Below, piece by piece: positions 31,354-40,793 of a DNA stretch of 64,000 nt; positions within the stretch are counted from its first letter, which is position 1; each line of letters begins with the position of its first letter. The notes below the pieces were generated by a model. It did no database searches, was not told the DNA's origin, and saw only the letters and a program-made list of their open reading frames with translations. The position numbers and the translations under genes were made by a program. Origin of the DNA: Candidatus Magasanikiibacteriota bacterium (GTDB lineage Bacteria > Patescibacteriota > Patescibacteriia > Magasanikbacterales > UBA922); assembly GCA_021648085.1 (NCBI GenBank), contig JAKITS010000001.1, positions 618,759-682,758 of the forward strand, read 5' to 3'.

Positions 31354-32772
31354 TTACAATTCCCTTCTTTTCTTTAGAATGATAAATGGGGTTTTTATTA
31401 AAACAGTTAGATCTAAAAACATCCTCCAATGTTCTATATAAAAAATATCCAACCTTAGCTCCTCTTCATAAGACAGGTCGCTCCTGCCTGAAATCTGTGA
31501 AAGGCCTGTAATTCCAGGCTTTACAAAGAAAACCTTTTTATGTACTTTTTCATATTTTTCTACTTCGCGTGGCTGATGTGGACGCGGACCTACCACACTC
31601 ATTTGCCCTCGTAACACATTGAAAAAATTTGGCAATTCATCTAAACTCCACCTTCGTAAAAACTTACCAAAAGGTGATACACGAGGATCGTTTGCAATTT
31701 TATAAATAGGCCCAGTCTTACCATTTTGCTTTTTAATAAGCTCTTTTTCTTTTTCTTCTGCTTTTTTTCCAGCCCTACCAAATTGTGACCCAGTAGAATC
31801 TTTCTGATACATTGAGCGAAATTTATAAACAAAAAATCTATGAGAGCGAGCGCCAACTCGTTCGTTTTTATAAATAAAAGGTCTGCCAGTTTCTATCAAA
31901 ATTATAATAGAAATCAAAAGCATTAAAGGGCTTGTGAGTATCACAATAACAATACTTACAACAATATCTAGCAATCGCTTTATTACTCTCCCCCACCCAT
32001 CCAAACGAGTTCTTTTAAGCTCAATGATTGGAATCCCAGCAAGTGCACTAATAGCAATATTTGTAGAATACGATGTAAATAAATCTGCTGAATATTTAAA
32101 CACAATTTGCTTTTCATTACAAAAATTAATAGCACTTAAAGTTTCCCTTTCGTCTGCTCTTGGATTTACAAAAATAATTTCATCTATATCTTTTTTTAAC
32201 AATCTTTCTTTTGCAGTCTTATTGAAAGAAACATAAGTTCTTACAACTTTATAACCCAACTCTTTTCTACTTTTTAAAGTTTTTATAATACTTCTTGCAA
32301 TGTCTTCTTGACCTATCACTACGACTTTGCGCAAGCCAACCCCACCTCTATAAAGCAAACTCTTTAAACCCCTTATCACAATACGCCCAAAAGACACATG
32401 AAGAATAGCAAAAATCCAAGTAAACAATACTAAAAATCTAGAATCAAAAAGTAATTGTGCAAACAACATATAAAGTGCAACCGCAGCCAAACCAAGACTA
32501 CAACCAACAAAAACCTGTTTCAATTCTCCTGAAAATTTCTTGTTTGGATCTACCGAATATAAACCAGCAAAAGAAAAAAGCAACAACCAAACTAAAATCA
32601 CATAAAAAGACAAATTCAGATAATCAGCTAAAGATAAATCAAATAAAACTGGTCTCAACTCTACTACAAAATCCATTGAACGAATATAATAAGCAGACAA
32701 TACTGCAAACATCAACATTAAAAAATCAACTGGTAATTTTAGCATCATCAAAAAAAGTTCAAATCGCTTCAT
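31354..32772 (-). CDS. Polyprenyl-phosphate sugar phosphotransferase (bacterial sugar transferase, WbaP/CpsE-like initiating enzyme)
   Basis: 472 aa with N-terminal TM helices. The C-terminal catalytic domain has PFIYKNERVGA, FRSM, and DELPNFFNVLRGQMSVVGPRP. Confidence 0.8.
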   Translation of the reverse strand: MKRFELFLMMLKLPVDFLMLMFAVLSAYYIRSMDFVVELRPVLFDLSLADYLNLSFYVILVWLLLFSFAGLYSVDPNKKFSGELKQVFVGCSLGLAAVALYMLFAQLLFDSRFLVLFTWIFAILHVSFGRIVIRGLKSLLYRGGVGLRKVVVIGQEDIARSIIKTLKSRKELGYKVVRTYVSFNKTAKERLLKKDIDEIIFVNPRADERETLSAINFCNEKQIVFKYSADLFTSYSTNIAISALAGIPIIELKRTRLDGWGRVIKRLLDIVVSIVIVILTSPLMLLISIIILIETGRPFIYKNERVGARSHRFFVYKFRSMYQKDSTGSQFGRAGKKAEEKEKELIKKQNGKTGPIYKIANDPRVSPFGKFLRRWSLDELPNFFNVLRGQMSVVGPRPHQPREVEKYEKVHKKVFFVKPGITGLSQISGRSDLSYEEELRLDIFYIEHWRMFLDLTVLIKTPFIILKKRREL

Positions 32773-32851
32773 ATTTGATTATTTTTAGTTAATTTCTGTA
32801 CCTACTTTCACTTGTATGGTACTATATTTTACATATAAGGTCAAAATAAAT

Positions 32852-33523
32852 ATGCTAAGCAAAGTAAAAGAGAAACTACTAAAATCACTACAAACAAAAA
32901 AAGGCAGATTAAAATCCAATCTATGCCTTGTAGAAGGTAAAAAAGTAATAGAAACAGCAGGAAAAGCTGTAGAATTTACTTTTACAAACAATGATACGGA
33001 CAACTTCAAAGATTTCACATCTACACAAACACCACAAAATATTGCTGGAATTGCAAAAATTCCAAAATGGAATTTAGACGATATTAAAAAATACAAAATA
33101 GTTGTAGTTTTAGACGGAATTCAAGATCCAGGAAATTTGGGAAGTATTTTTAGACTTTGTTTGGGTTTTAATGCTTCACTGATTCTAGTAGAATCCGTAG
33201 ATCCAACCAATCCAAAAGTGATAAGATCTTCTGTTGGTGCACTTTTCCAAGTTCCTTGGATAGAGACAAAACGAATAGAAATAGAAAAATTATTAGAAGA
33301 TTTAAATAGACCAATTTATAAATTGGAAAAGGGAGAATCAAAAATTTTAAATAGTGATTTGATAGAAAAAATGGAAAAAGAAATTACTTTAATTGTTGGC
33401 TCAGAAGGGCAAGGAATAAAAATAAAAACAAAAGGAACTTCCATTGAAATAAAACATAATGAAAAATTAGAATCATTAAATGTTGGCCACGCTTTAGCGA
33501 TTATTCTAAATTCTCTGAAATAA
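32852..33523 (+). CDS. SpoU/TrmH-family RNA 2'-O-methyltransferase (the ORF track starts at 32816)
   Basis: SPOUT motifs VVLDGIQDPGNLGSIFR and LIVGSEGQG. The start is uncertain between 32816 and 32852. Confidence 0.7.
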   Translation: MLSKVKEKLLKSLQTKKGRLKSNLCLVEGKKVIETAGKAVEFTFTNNDTDNFKDFTSTQTPQNIAGIAKIPKWNLDDIKKYKIVVVLDGIQDPGNLGSIFRLCLGFNASLILVESVDPTNPKVIRSSVGALFQVPWIETKRIEIEKLLEDLNRPIYKLEKGESKILNSDLIEKMEKEITLIVGSEGQGIKIKTKGTSIEIKHNEKLESLNVGHALAIILNSLK

Positions 33524-33544
33524 TAAACTTATTTGAAAAAAATA

Positions 33545-33572
33545 AATCCCGCCATTTTGGCGGGATTTTTTA
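33545..33572. terminator. Bidirectional rho-independent terminator shared by convergent genes
   Basis: Hairpin aatcccgcc-atttt-ggcgggatt with T-runs on both strands. Confidence 0.7.
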
Positions 33573-34118
33573 GTTTGCATGGCCGCTCACATCTAAATCA
33601 TCTAACATTATGCAATATTTTCTATCTTTTTTTGCATCTTCACTCATATCCTCCAAAAATTGAGGGAAATCTAGATCATTATTTTTCTCAATTTCAATAA
33701 AACTATGCGCTTCTCTTAACCCAATATACCCCCCAAAAACAAAATGGGAAATTGCAAACTCTATATGTGTCCAAGTGTGTAGCGGGCTCAAATTCCAGTA
33801 AACTATCTTTCCACTCTTCTTACCTTCCAAAATTAAAGCTTTGTAATACTTACTAGTCTCCAACCTAATTATAACCTCATCATCTGGAAAACCAGAAATG
33901 TCTATTTCTTCCAAAAGATGTATATTCGATTGCTCACACTTTTCCAAGAATAAAACAGACTCCTTAAAACTCATATGATTATTTGCAACCAAATAACCAA
34001 CAGACTTACCAAAATCACTCCAAGTTTTTATATTTCTTATAACATTAATCTCTTGTCCTTTCTCTTCCAAAACCAGTTCGTAAGAACCAGAGATAACTTC
34101 TCTCAAATAAATCCTCAT
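33570..34118 (-). CDS. Hypothetical protein (start at the internal ATG after RBS aaggagag; the ORF track extends to 34193, across the typA terminator)
   Basis: 182 aa. The upstream extension overlaps the terminator hairpin at 34184..34204. Confidence 0.45.
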   Translation of the reverse strand: MRIYLREVISGSYELVLEEKGQEINVIRNIKTWSDFGKSVGYLVANNHMSFKESVLFLEKCEQSNIHLLEEIDISGFPDDEVIIRLETSKYYKALILEGKKSGKIVYWNLSPLHTWTHIEFAISHFVFGGYIGLREAHSFIEIEKNNDLDFPQFLEDMSEDAKKDRKYCIMLDDLDVSGHAN

Positions 34119-34220
34119 TTCCCTCTCCTTTTTGCAAACTAAATTGTAAAATGAACATAATACTACAATACCACAAATAAAAAATCCCGTCATATTAACG
34201 GGATTTTTTATTTTAATTTT

Positions 34221-36008
34221 TTATTTCTTTCTACTTGCTGTCACTCTGTCGTTTTCTTTCAAAACTTGTTTTCTCAGCCGTATATTGTTTGGCGTCACTT
34301 CTAGATATTCATCTCCAGAAATTACCTCCAAACCACGCTCAAGCGTAATTTGAATTGGAGGGGTAAGTTTTATAGCTTCATCCGCTCCGGAAGAGCGCAT
34401 ATTTGTAAGATTTTTTCCTTTTGTTGGGTTCACGGTCATATCATTTCCTTTTGAAACATTTCCAATAACCATTCCCTCATAAATTTCTGCTTGAGGCCCT
34501 ATATATAAAGAACCCCTACCTTGAAGATTGTTCAAAGAAAATCCCAGAGCTTTTCCTGTAGCCATAGAAATCATAGAACCAACATCACGCTTATTGATTT
34601 CACCCACATAAGGTTTAAAACCAACTACACGAGAACACATAATTCCCTCACCTCTTGTGTCTACTACAAACTCCCCTCTATAACCAAGTAAACCACGAGT
34701 TGGAATTTCAAAAACAATTCTCTTCTCTATTCCATTTTGACACATATCCATCATTACACCCTTGCGTTTCATTATTTTTTCAATTACAACACCTTCAAAT
34801 TCATTTGGCACATCTATTGTCAACTCTTCAAATGGTTCAAGTTTTTGCCCATCTTCTTCTTTTGTAATAACTCTTGGTTGAGAAACTTGAAGTTCATAAC
34901 CTTCACGACGCATATTTTCCAGCAAAATAGCAATATGCATTTCACCACGCCCATAAACCTTACAAAAATCGTTGTTTGAGAAGTCAATTTTCAAACCAAC
35001 ATTTACCTCCAACTCTCTTTGAAGTCTTTCTCTGATTTGTCTACTTGTCACATATTTACCGTCTCTTCCTGCAAATGGTGAGTTGTTTACAAGTAAGTTC
35101 ATAGAGATTGTAGGCTCATCTATTTCAATCGCTGGTAGTGGTTCTTGATCTGAATTTGCACAAACAGTCTCCCCAATATAAATATCAGAAATTCCAGCAA
35201 TCATCACTAAATCTCCTGCCATTGCTTCGCCTACTTCTTTTTTTTCTACACCTTCAAAAGTAAAAAGTTTTGATATACTTGCTCTACGCTCTTCACCAGT
35301 TGGTTTTTTTACAATAACTTTACTTCCTTTTTTAATAATACCTTCGTATACACGCCCAATTGCAAGTCTTCCTAGGAAATTATCATAACCCAGGTTAAAA
35401 GGTTGCATTCTAAACGGAACGCTCGTGTCAGACTTAGCTGGTTCTACATTTTCCAAAATAGAATCAAAAAGTGGAGTTAAATCATTTGATTCATCTGCTA
35501 AATTATTTTTTGCGATTCCGTCACGCCCGTTTGCGTAAATAGTTTTAAAATCAAGCTGTTCATCGTTTGCACCCAAATCCATAAAAAGTTCCAACACCAT
35601 GTCGTGTACAATTTCTGGTCTGGCTGCTGGCTTATCAATTTTATTCAAAATAACAATAGGTTTCAAACCTAATTCAAGAGATTTTTTCAATACAAATTTT
35701 GTCTGTGGCATTGGACCTTCTTGTGCATCTACTACCAGCAACACACTATCAATAGAACGCAAAATACGCTCAACCTCTGAACCAAAATCAGCATGCCCAG
35801 GTGTATCCACAATATTTACCTTTGTATCCTTATAAAAAAATGATGCGTTTTTTGCATAAATAGTAATACCACGCTCTTGTTCTAAAGCGTTACTATCCAT
35901 ACTTTTTGACTCATCTGTCACCATTCCAGACTGACGCATCATAGCGTCTGTAAGAGTCGTCTTTCCGTGGTCTACGTGAGCAATAATTGCTATATTTCTA
36001 ATTTCCAT
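34221..36008 (-). CDS. typA: Translational GTPase TypA/BipA
   Basis: 595 aa. AHVDHGKTTLTD G1 motif and DTPGHADF. EF-G-like domain order without a domain IV equivalent. Confidence 0.9.
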   Translation of the reverse strand: MEIRNIAIIAHVDHGKTTLTDAMMRQSGMVTDESKSMDSNALEQERGITIYAKNASFFYKDTKVNIVDTPGHADFGSEVERILRSIDSVLLVVDAQEGPMPQTKFVLKKSLELGLKPIVILNKIDKPAARPEIVHDMVLELFMDLGANDEQLDFKTIYANGRDGIAKNNLADESNDLTPLFDSILENVEPAKSDTSVPFRMQPFNLGYDNFLGRLAIGRVYEGIIKKGSKVIVKKPTGEERRASISKLFTFEGVEKKEVGEAMAGDLVMIAGISDIYIGETVCANSDQEPLPAIEIDEPTISMNLLVNNSPFAGRDGKYVTSRQIRERLQRELEVNVGLKIDFSNNDFCKVYGRGEMHIAILLENMRREGYELQVSQPRVITKEEDGQKLEPFEELTIDVPNEFEGVVIEKIMKRKGVMMDMCQNGIEKRIVFEIPTRGLLGYRGEFVVDTRGEGIMCSRVVGFKPYVGEINKRDVGSMISMATGKALGFSLNNLQGRGSLYIGPQAEIYEGMVIGNVSKGNDMTVNPTKGKNLTNMRSSGADEAIKLTPPIQITLERGLEVISGDEYLEVTPNNIRLRKQVLKENDRVTASRKK

Positions 36009-36561
36009 AAAAAAATAAAAGCCCTAAGGACTATTTTCAAATAAACTTTCTTTTTTGAAAATACATTTGAAGACAGTACTTTTGGGAATGAATTTACAAT
36101 TTATAATACTACTTTTTCAGACTTTTGTCAAGAAGATGGTATGAAACAAATAAAAAAAATGGTGATTTTTATTACCGTTTTTTTACTTATCTTTTTTTAC
36201 AGCACACTCAACAACCAAAACAGTGAGTTGTTTTGATGAATTCCAATGACATGAACACTCATCAACTATAAAAGTTCTCATTTCTATCTTAATATTTCTT
36301 CTTGGTATTCTCGGCCATTTTTTCTTTATAGCGTCACCAAGATACTTAAATGTTCAAAATTAAACTCATCTTGGTAAATTACATTTTCAGTACCATCTGG
36401 TCGCATAGATGTACAAGACACCTTTTGAGACTTCTTTTGACTAAATAAAGAACGCAAACTAATACTAGCTATTACTTCATATTTTATCAAGAAAAGATTT
36501 TTAAATAAAATAAAAAACGACAATACATATAACATTGTCGTTTTTAGCAAAAAACTATTTT

Positions 36562-36855
36562 CTATCTTTCAAAGAAAGAAATATAGAAAGTATTTTTTTC
36601 CACCTCAATTTCTTTTGGCGAAACGAGCAATGCTCGTTCTGTGGAGATAAACATCTTACCTCCTTTTTGCCCAAACTGAAAAACTCCTTTTTTCTCTCCT
36701 GTTTCTTTTAAAACAAGAGCAGTTTTTTTTGCAACTTCAAATACCCCATCTACAAATTCAAAATTGAACATATCTTCACCTTTTTGTTGTTTTGTGAACC
36801 CCGTCTCATTTTTCATAAGACTTAATATAATAATATAAATTTTACTTTTTGTCAA
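36562..36855 (-). CDS. Hypothetical protein (97 aa). Its start overlaps the stop of the upstream kinase-like gene by 4 nt
   Basis: ATGA-type overlap coupling with 36852..37550. Confidence 0.4.
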   Translation of the reverse strand: MTKSKIYIIILSLMKNETGFTKQQKGEDMFNFEFVDGVFEVAKKTALVLKETGEKKGVFQFGQKGGKMFISTERALLVSPKEIEVEKNTFYISFFER

Positions 36856-37550
36856 GCTTTTTCAATAAATTTAGCCACTTTATCGTAAACATCCTCCAAC
36901 ATACTTAAATCTAAGTCTGAATTCCTGTCTTTTGTTGGATCATCTCCTTTTAAATACATAGACCTACCAAAATCTATTAAAACAGGATTGCCAGTTTCAA
37001 TATCTATCATAATATTCCTTGCATAAATATCTCCATGTGCAATTCCAAATTCTGAATGCATATCTTGTAAATAACCGTCCAATCTTTCAAAAAAATTATC
37101 TATATTAAAACCTTCCGGCAATGACTCTTTTCCAAGTAAAATAAATTGTAGGTTTAATCCGTTAATTTTTTCCATAATAATAGCAGCACCCTCATTTCCA
37201 ACATAATAAGCTGCAACATTTGGAGAGTGTACGCCTTCAGATAAAAAATCTTTAAGCTTGTGCATAAATTCGACCTCTTCTTTTGGACTGCATCCAAGGT
37301 TGTACAAATGCTTATTTTCACTGTTTGCCCTATTAAGCATAAATTTTATACAAACATCACTACCCAAATCTACAACCCTACCTATACCACCTTCACCCAA
37401 AAAATTATCTGGATTTACAGCTCTATCTCTTACGGATTTTCTAAGCTCTTCGTTTGTTCCAAAATCATTATCAAAAAAATAGATATGTTCAAGCCATTTT
37501 TGCTCATCCTCAGAAAACTCAGGGATATTAAAATTAGATTCACCTCTCAT
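36852..37550 (-). CDS. Protein-kinase-like fold protein (Kdo/RIO/aminoglycoside-phosphotransferase-like)
   Basis: 232 aa. Catalytic loop IAHGDIYARNIMID (HxDxxxxN) and LIDFG (DFG motif). Confidence 0.6.
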   Translation of the reverse strand: MRGESNFNIPEFSEDEQKWLEHIYFFDNDFGTNEELRKSVRDRAVNPDNFLGEGGIGRVVDLGSDVCIKFMLNRANSENKHLYNLGCSPKEEVEFMHKLKDFLSEGVHSPNVAAYYVGNEGAAIIMEKINGLNLQFILLGKESLPEGFNIDNFFERLDGYLQDMHSEFGIAHGDIYARNIMIDIETGNPVLIDFGRSMYLKGDDPTKDRNSDLDLSMLEDVYDKVAKFIEKA

Positions 37551-37644
37551 AATATTATATAAAAATGTAGGACTATTTTAACATAAAAAAATAATTAAAA
37601 CAAAAAACACTCATTGAGAGTGTTTTTTGTTTTATTTTTTTAAA

Positions 37645-38526
37645 TTACGGTTGCAATATATCTGCTGTACTTCCGTTTATAGAAATTACCACCGAATCAA
37701 CCGTTACAAATTGCTTCAAAGTTTCTTCAATTTGAGCATAAATTCCCATAATTCTACAAGACCCTCCAACTTGATATTCCAAATTACTATCAAAATCAGC
37801 ATAAGCTGTACCATTTGAAATTGAAATACCATTCAATTTAACGCCTTCATTTAAATTTGTTGTATATCCAGTATTTATTTCTTCTGCTGTTAAACCTTTT
37901 AATAATTCTTCAATTGCAGCTTTTGCTACCCCCAAAGTTGTTGGGACTTTGCGTTCTATTCCTAAAACATCTTGACAGTCATTATTTACATTACTATTTG
38001 GAAAATAAACCTTCAAAGTAATTGTACTTTTGTCAAAAATTATAGGAATTCTCAGCTCATCATCGTTTTCTGGAAGTCCAGACGGATTATCTTTTGTTAA
38101 AACCAATACTCCATTATTAGACATAGGTGTCACATAAACCAAATTAGATGTGAAAGGTACCATTTCTTCTGTCATCCAATCTCCGCCAGCTGTAGCAAAT
38201 CCTGTAGCTATCACATAACCATTTGAATCTTCAAGTGAAACAGGAAAATCTCCCTCAAAAAACCAATACCCTCTTGCTTCGCCTGTAATTTCTAGTGGGC
38301 TTGAAATTGTACTACCTACATTTGGAGAAAAAATTGAAATTATACTATCATCTTCTTTTTCTATATTATCTTCTTGAATATCTTGGATATTCTGTTCCTT
38401 AACCATTTCTTTTACCTCATCAGAGACAAGATTGTTTATTTTTGGAACTGCCAAAAATACAACAAAAGAAACGACTAAAATTGCAATAAACCCAACTAGT
38501 AGGCCAATTATAAGATTTTTAGACAT
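37645..38526 (-). CDS. Membrane-anchored hypothetical lipoprotein-like protein (possible GerMN-type domain)
   Basis: 293 aa with an N-terminal TM helix. The extracytoplasmic C-terminal region ends ...GGSCRIMGIYAQIEETL. The GerMN assignment is tentative. Confidence 0.4.
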   Translation of the reverse strand: MSKNLIIGLLVGFIAILVVSFVVFLAVPKINNLVSDEVKEMVKEQNIQDIQEDNIEKEDDSIISIFSPNVGSTISSPLEITGEARGYWFFEGDFPVSLEDSNGYVIATGFATAGGDWMTEEMVPFTSNLVYVTPMSNNGVLVLTKDNPSGLPENDDELRIPIIFDKSTITLKVYFPNSNVNNDCQDVLGIERKVPTTLGVAKAAIEELLKGLTAEEINTGYTTNLNEGVKLNGISISNGTAYADFDSNLEYQVGGSCRIMGIYAQIEETLKQFVTVDSVVISINGSTADILQP

Positions 38527-38776
38527 ATTTTATTTTAAAAATTTATTATTTAAACATATTCCAAAATAAGATTTCGATAAAAATTTTTATATTTCGAGCG
38601 AAACACAGATAAAAATTATGGGGCATTACAATAGTACTGTTGAATAATTTTTATCAAGTTGTAGTCGAAATATAGGAATTTTGGCGAAATAATTATTTTG
38701 GAACATATCTAATAGAGAACATTAACATAATTATACTAAAAAATCAAGTTTTTAACCTGATTTTTCATATATTTTA

Positions 38777-39307
38777 TTAAGTTTTTTTCTTACTTGGCAT
38801 TTTAACCACATCTTTTATCAATCCATTTGAAATATAATGAATTTTTCCATTATCATCCTTTAAAACTGTAGAGCGCATTGAAATTCTAATTACAGTACCT
38901 TCAGATTTGTTTATCATTACCTTATCCCCAATTCCATACTGATCTTCCACCAAAATGAAAACCCCTGTCACAAAGTCTTTTACCAAAGATTGTGCCCCAA
39001 AACCAACAGCCAATCCTATAATTCCAGCTCCAGCCAAAACTGGTCTAATATCAACCCCAAATAAGTTTAGAACCATAAACAAAAGTACAGCATAAATAAT
39101 AATATTTCCAATTGAAATAATTATGTGACCCAAAGTTTCTGCTCTTTTTTCTTTTTTTGAAACATGACTATCGTCCCCATCATCCACCATCTTCTCAAAC
39201 TTTCTTACCATCAATTTCAAAAGTATTTTACCAAAAAAATACAAAATACCAATCCAAACTATATCTACCGCATTTTTTAATAAAAAATCTATAATAATTT
39301 CCTGCAT
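38777..39307 (-). CDS. mscS: Small-conductance mechanosensitive channel (MscS family)
   Basis: 176 aa. The TM3-beta domain region DFVTGVFILVEDQYGIGDKVMINKSEGTV is typical of MscS. Confidence 0.75.
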   Translation of the reverse strand: MQEIIIDFLLKNAVDIVWIGILYFFGKILLKLMVRKFEKMVDDGDDSHVSKKEKRAETLGHIIISIGNIIIYAVLLFMVLNLFGVDIRPVLAGAGIIGLAVGFGAQSLVKDFVTGVFILVEDQYGIGDKVMINKSEGTVIRISMRSTVLKDDNGKIHYISNGLIKDVVKMPSKKKT

Positions 39308-39416
39308 AATTTTAATTAATATTAAGACTGAAGATTATCATAAAAATAATCAAAAATCAAGCTTTTTTATTTGATTATTATTTATTAAAAAAATAAAATA
39401 TCTTAAAATCAAATTC

Positions 39417-40433
39417 TTATCTCTCTTTTTCATTTATACCCGCTAGCTGACCACAAGCAGCATTTATATCAGAACCAAAGCTGTAACGCTGTATAACTTT
39501 TATTTTATTTCGCATCAAAATATTTGTAAATTTTTTGATAGCAGTTGCAGAAGATGGGTAAAATTTTCCTGTTTGGTTATAGCGTATCAGATTTACTACA
39601 TATAGTGGATTGTCCATTAATTTAGCCAGTTCCTTAGCATGATATTCGCTATCATTTACACCATCGATCATTAGATATTCGAACATAACCTGACGCGATC
39701 TAGCGTTAACATAATTTTTAACCTCAGACATCAGTTCTTTTATAGGATATTTAGTATTCACCGGCATAAGCTCCGAGCGCAATTTATCATTTGGAGCATG
39801 GAGTGAGACTGCCAAATTAATTTGCATTTTTTCTTTTGCAAACTTTTTTATTCCTGGAACCAAACCACAAGTAGATATAGAAATATGACGCGCACCGATA
39901 TTTATACCATCTTTGTCATTAATAATCTTCGCAGACTCCATAACATTATCATAATTTAGAAATGGTTCACCCATACCCATATATACAACATTTGTAAGTC
40001 TTTTTGGTCCAACATTACTATTATTCAAATAGCGTTGCCAAAATAAAACTTGCTCAATTATCTCTCCAGTTTCTAGATTTCTTTTAAAACCCATCTTTCC
40101 GGTCGCACAAAAATCACATCGCATTGGACACCCAACCTGAGAAGAGACGCATACTGTCGCTCTACCATCTTTATGTTTCAAGAGAACGGTCTCAATCTTA
40201 CTTCCACCACCCAAAGTAATTAGAGCTTTTAGCGATTCACTATTCTTTGAACCAAGTACTTCTGCTTCAATATTTATTGGGCATTCCTTATTTAATGTTT
40301 CGCGAAGATACAATGGCAAAGTTGTGTTTTGATTCCAATCAAATATCAGATCAACAAAAATAGCCTTAAATACTTGTTTAAAGCGAAATTTAGGCTCATC
40401 TTTTAGTATAATTTTTATTTTATCAAAATTCAT
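39417..40433 (-). CDS. rlmN: 23S rRNA/tRNA adenine-C2 methyltransferase RlmN (radical SAM)
   Basis: 338 aa. The radical-SAM CxxxCxxC motif is present as GCPMRCDFCATG, along with the conserved GMGEP block. Confidence 0.85.
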   Translation of the reverse strand: MNFDKIKIILKDEPKFRFKQVFKAIFVDLIFDWNQNTTLPLYLRETLNKECPINIEAEVLGSKNSESLKALITLGGGSKIETVLLKHKDGRATVCVSSQVGCPMRCDFCATGKMGFKRNLETGEIIEQVLFWQRYLNNSNVGPKRLTNVVYMGMGEPFLNYDNVMESAKIINDKDGINIGARHISISTCGLVPGIKKFAKEKMQINLAVSLHAPNDKLRSELMPVNTKYPIKELMSEVKNYVNARSRQVMFEYLMIDGVNDSEYHAKELAKLMDNPLYVVNLIRYNQTGKFYPSSATAIKKFTNILMRNKIKVIQRYSFGSDINAACGQLAGINEKER

Positions 40434-40440
40434 AGTTGTT

Positions 40441-40641
40441 TTATCGTGCCGGTTTGTTACTGCGATTTCCTATACTGCGTTGTCGCTCCGCCCCTTTTTG
40501 ACTGTTTGGCTTTACATGAAAGCCTGCATTCATTCGGGGATTTGATGTCGGATACTTCTTATTGGTATCATCTGGATTTTTTCTTTCTTCCATTCTCCCA
40601 GATTTCTCTTTCATCATTTTTTTCATTACTTTGGAAAGCAT
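40441..40641 (-). CDS. Small basic hypothetical protein (66 aa) immediately upstream of rlmN; coding status uncertain
   Basis: ORF with its own TTGACA/17-nt/TAGAAT promoter at about 40705..40733 (minus strand) and a leader hairpin. GC content is higher than surrounding genes. No RBS. Confidence 0.3.
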   Translation of the reverse strand: MLSKVMKKMMKEKSGRMEERKNPDDTNKKYPTSNPRMNAGFHVKPNSQKGAERQRSIGNRSNKPAR

Positions 40642-40793
40642 ATAATTTTTATTTTCCCGCAGAGGCGTGCTCTGTGGGTATTAAGTATAGTTCAATACCA
40701 AATTCTACCAGAATTTATCTAATTTGTCAACATTATAATATAGTAAATTCAAAATAATGGAAAAAACTACTGAATAATTTATACTCAGTGTTT

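Noticed and set aside
36326-36550. 74-aa ORF downstream of the kinase-like operon
   Set aside because: It was not rejected outright; it is mentioned in a finding. It is not listed as a feature because its composition is low-complexity and hydrophobic/irregular and it has no RBS, so its coding status is doubtful.
40446-40757. 103-aa + strand ORF opposite the small basic ORF
   Set aside because: It runs antisense to a region with a minus-strand promoter and has no RBS. It is likely an artefact of local GC enrichment.
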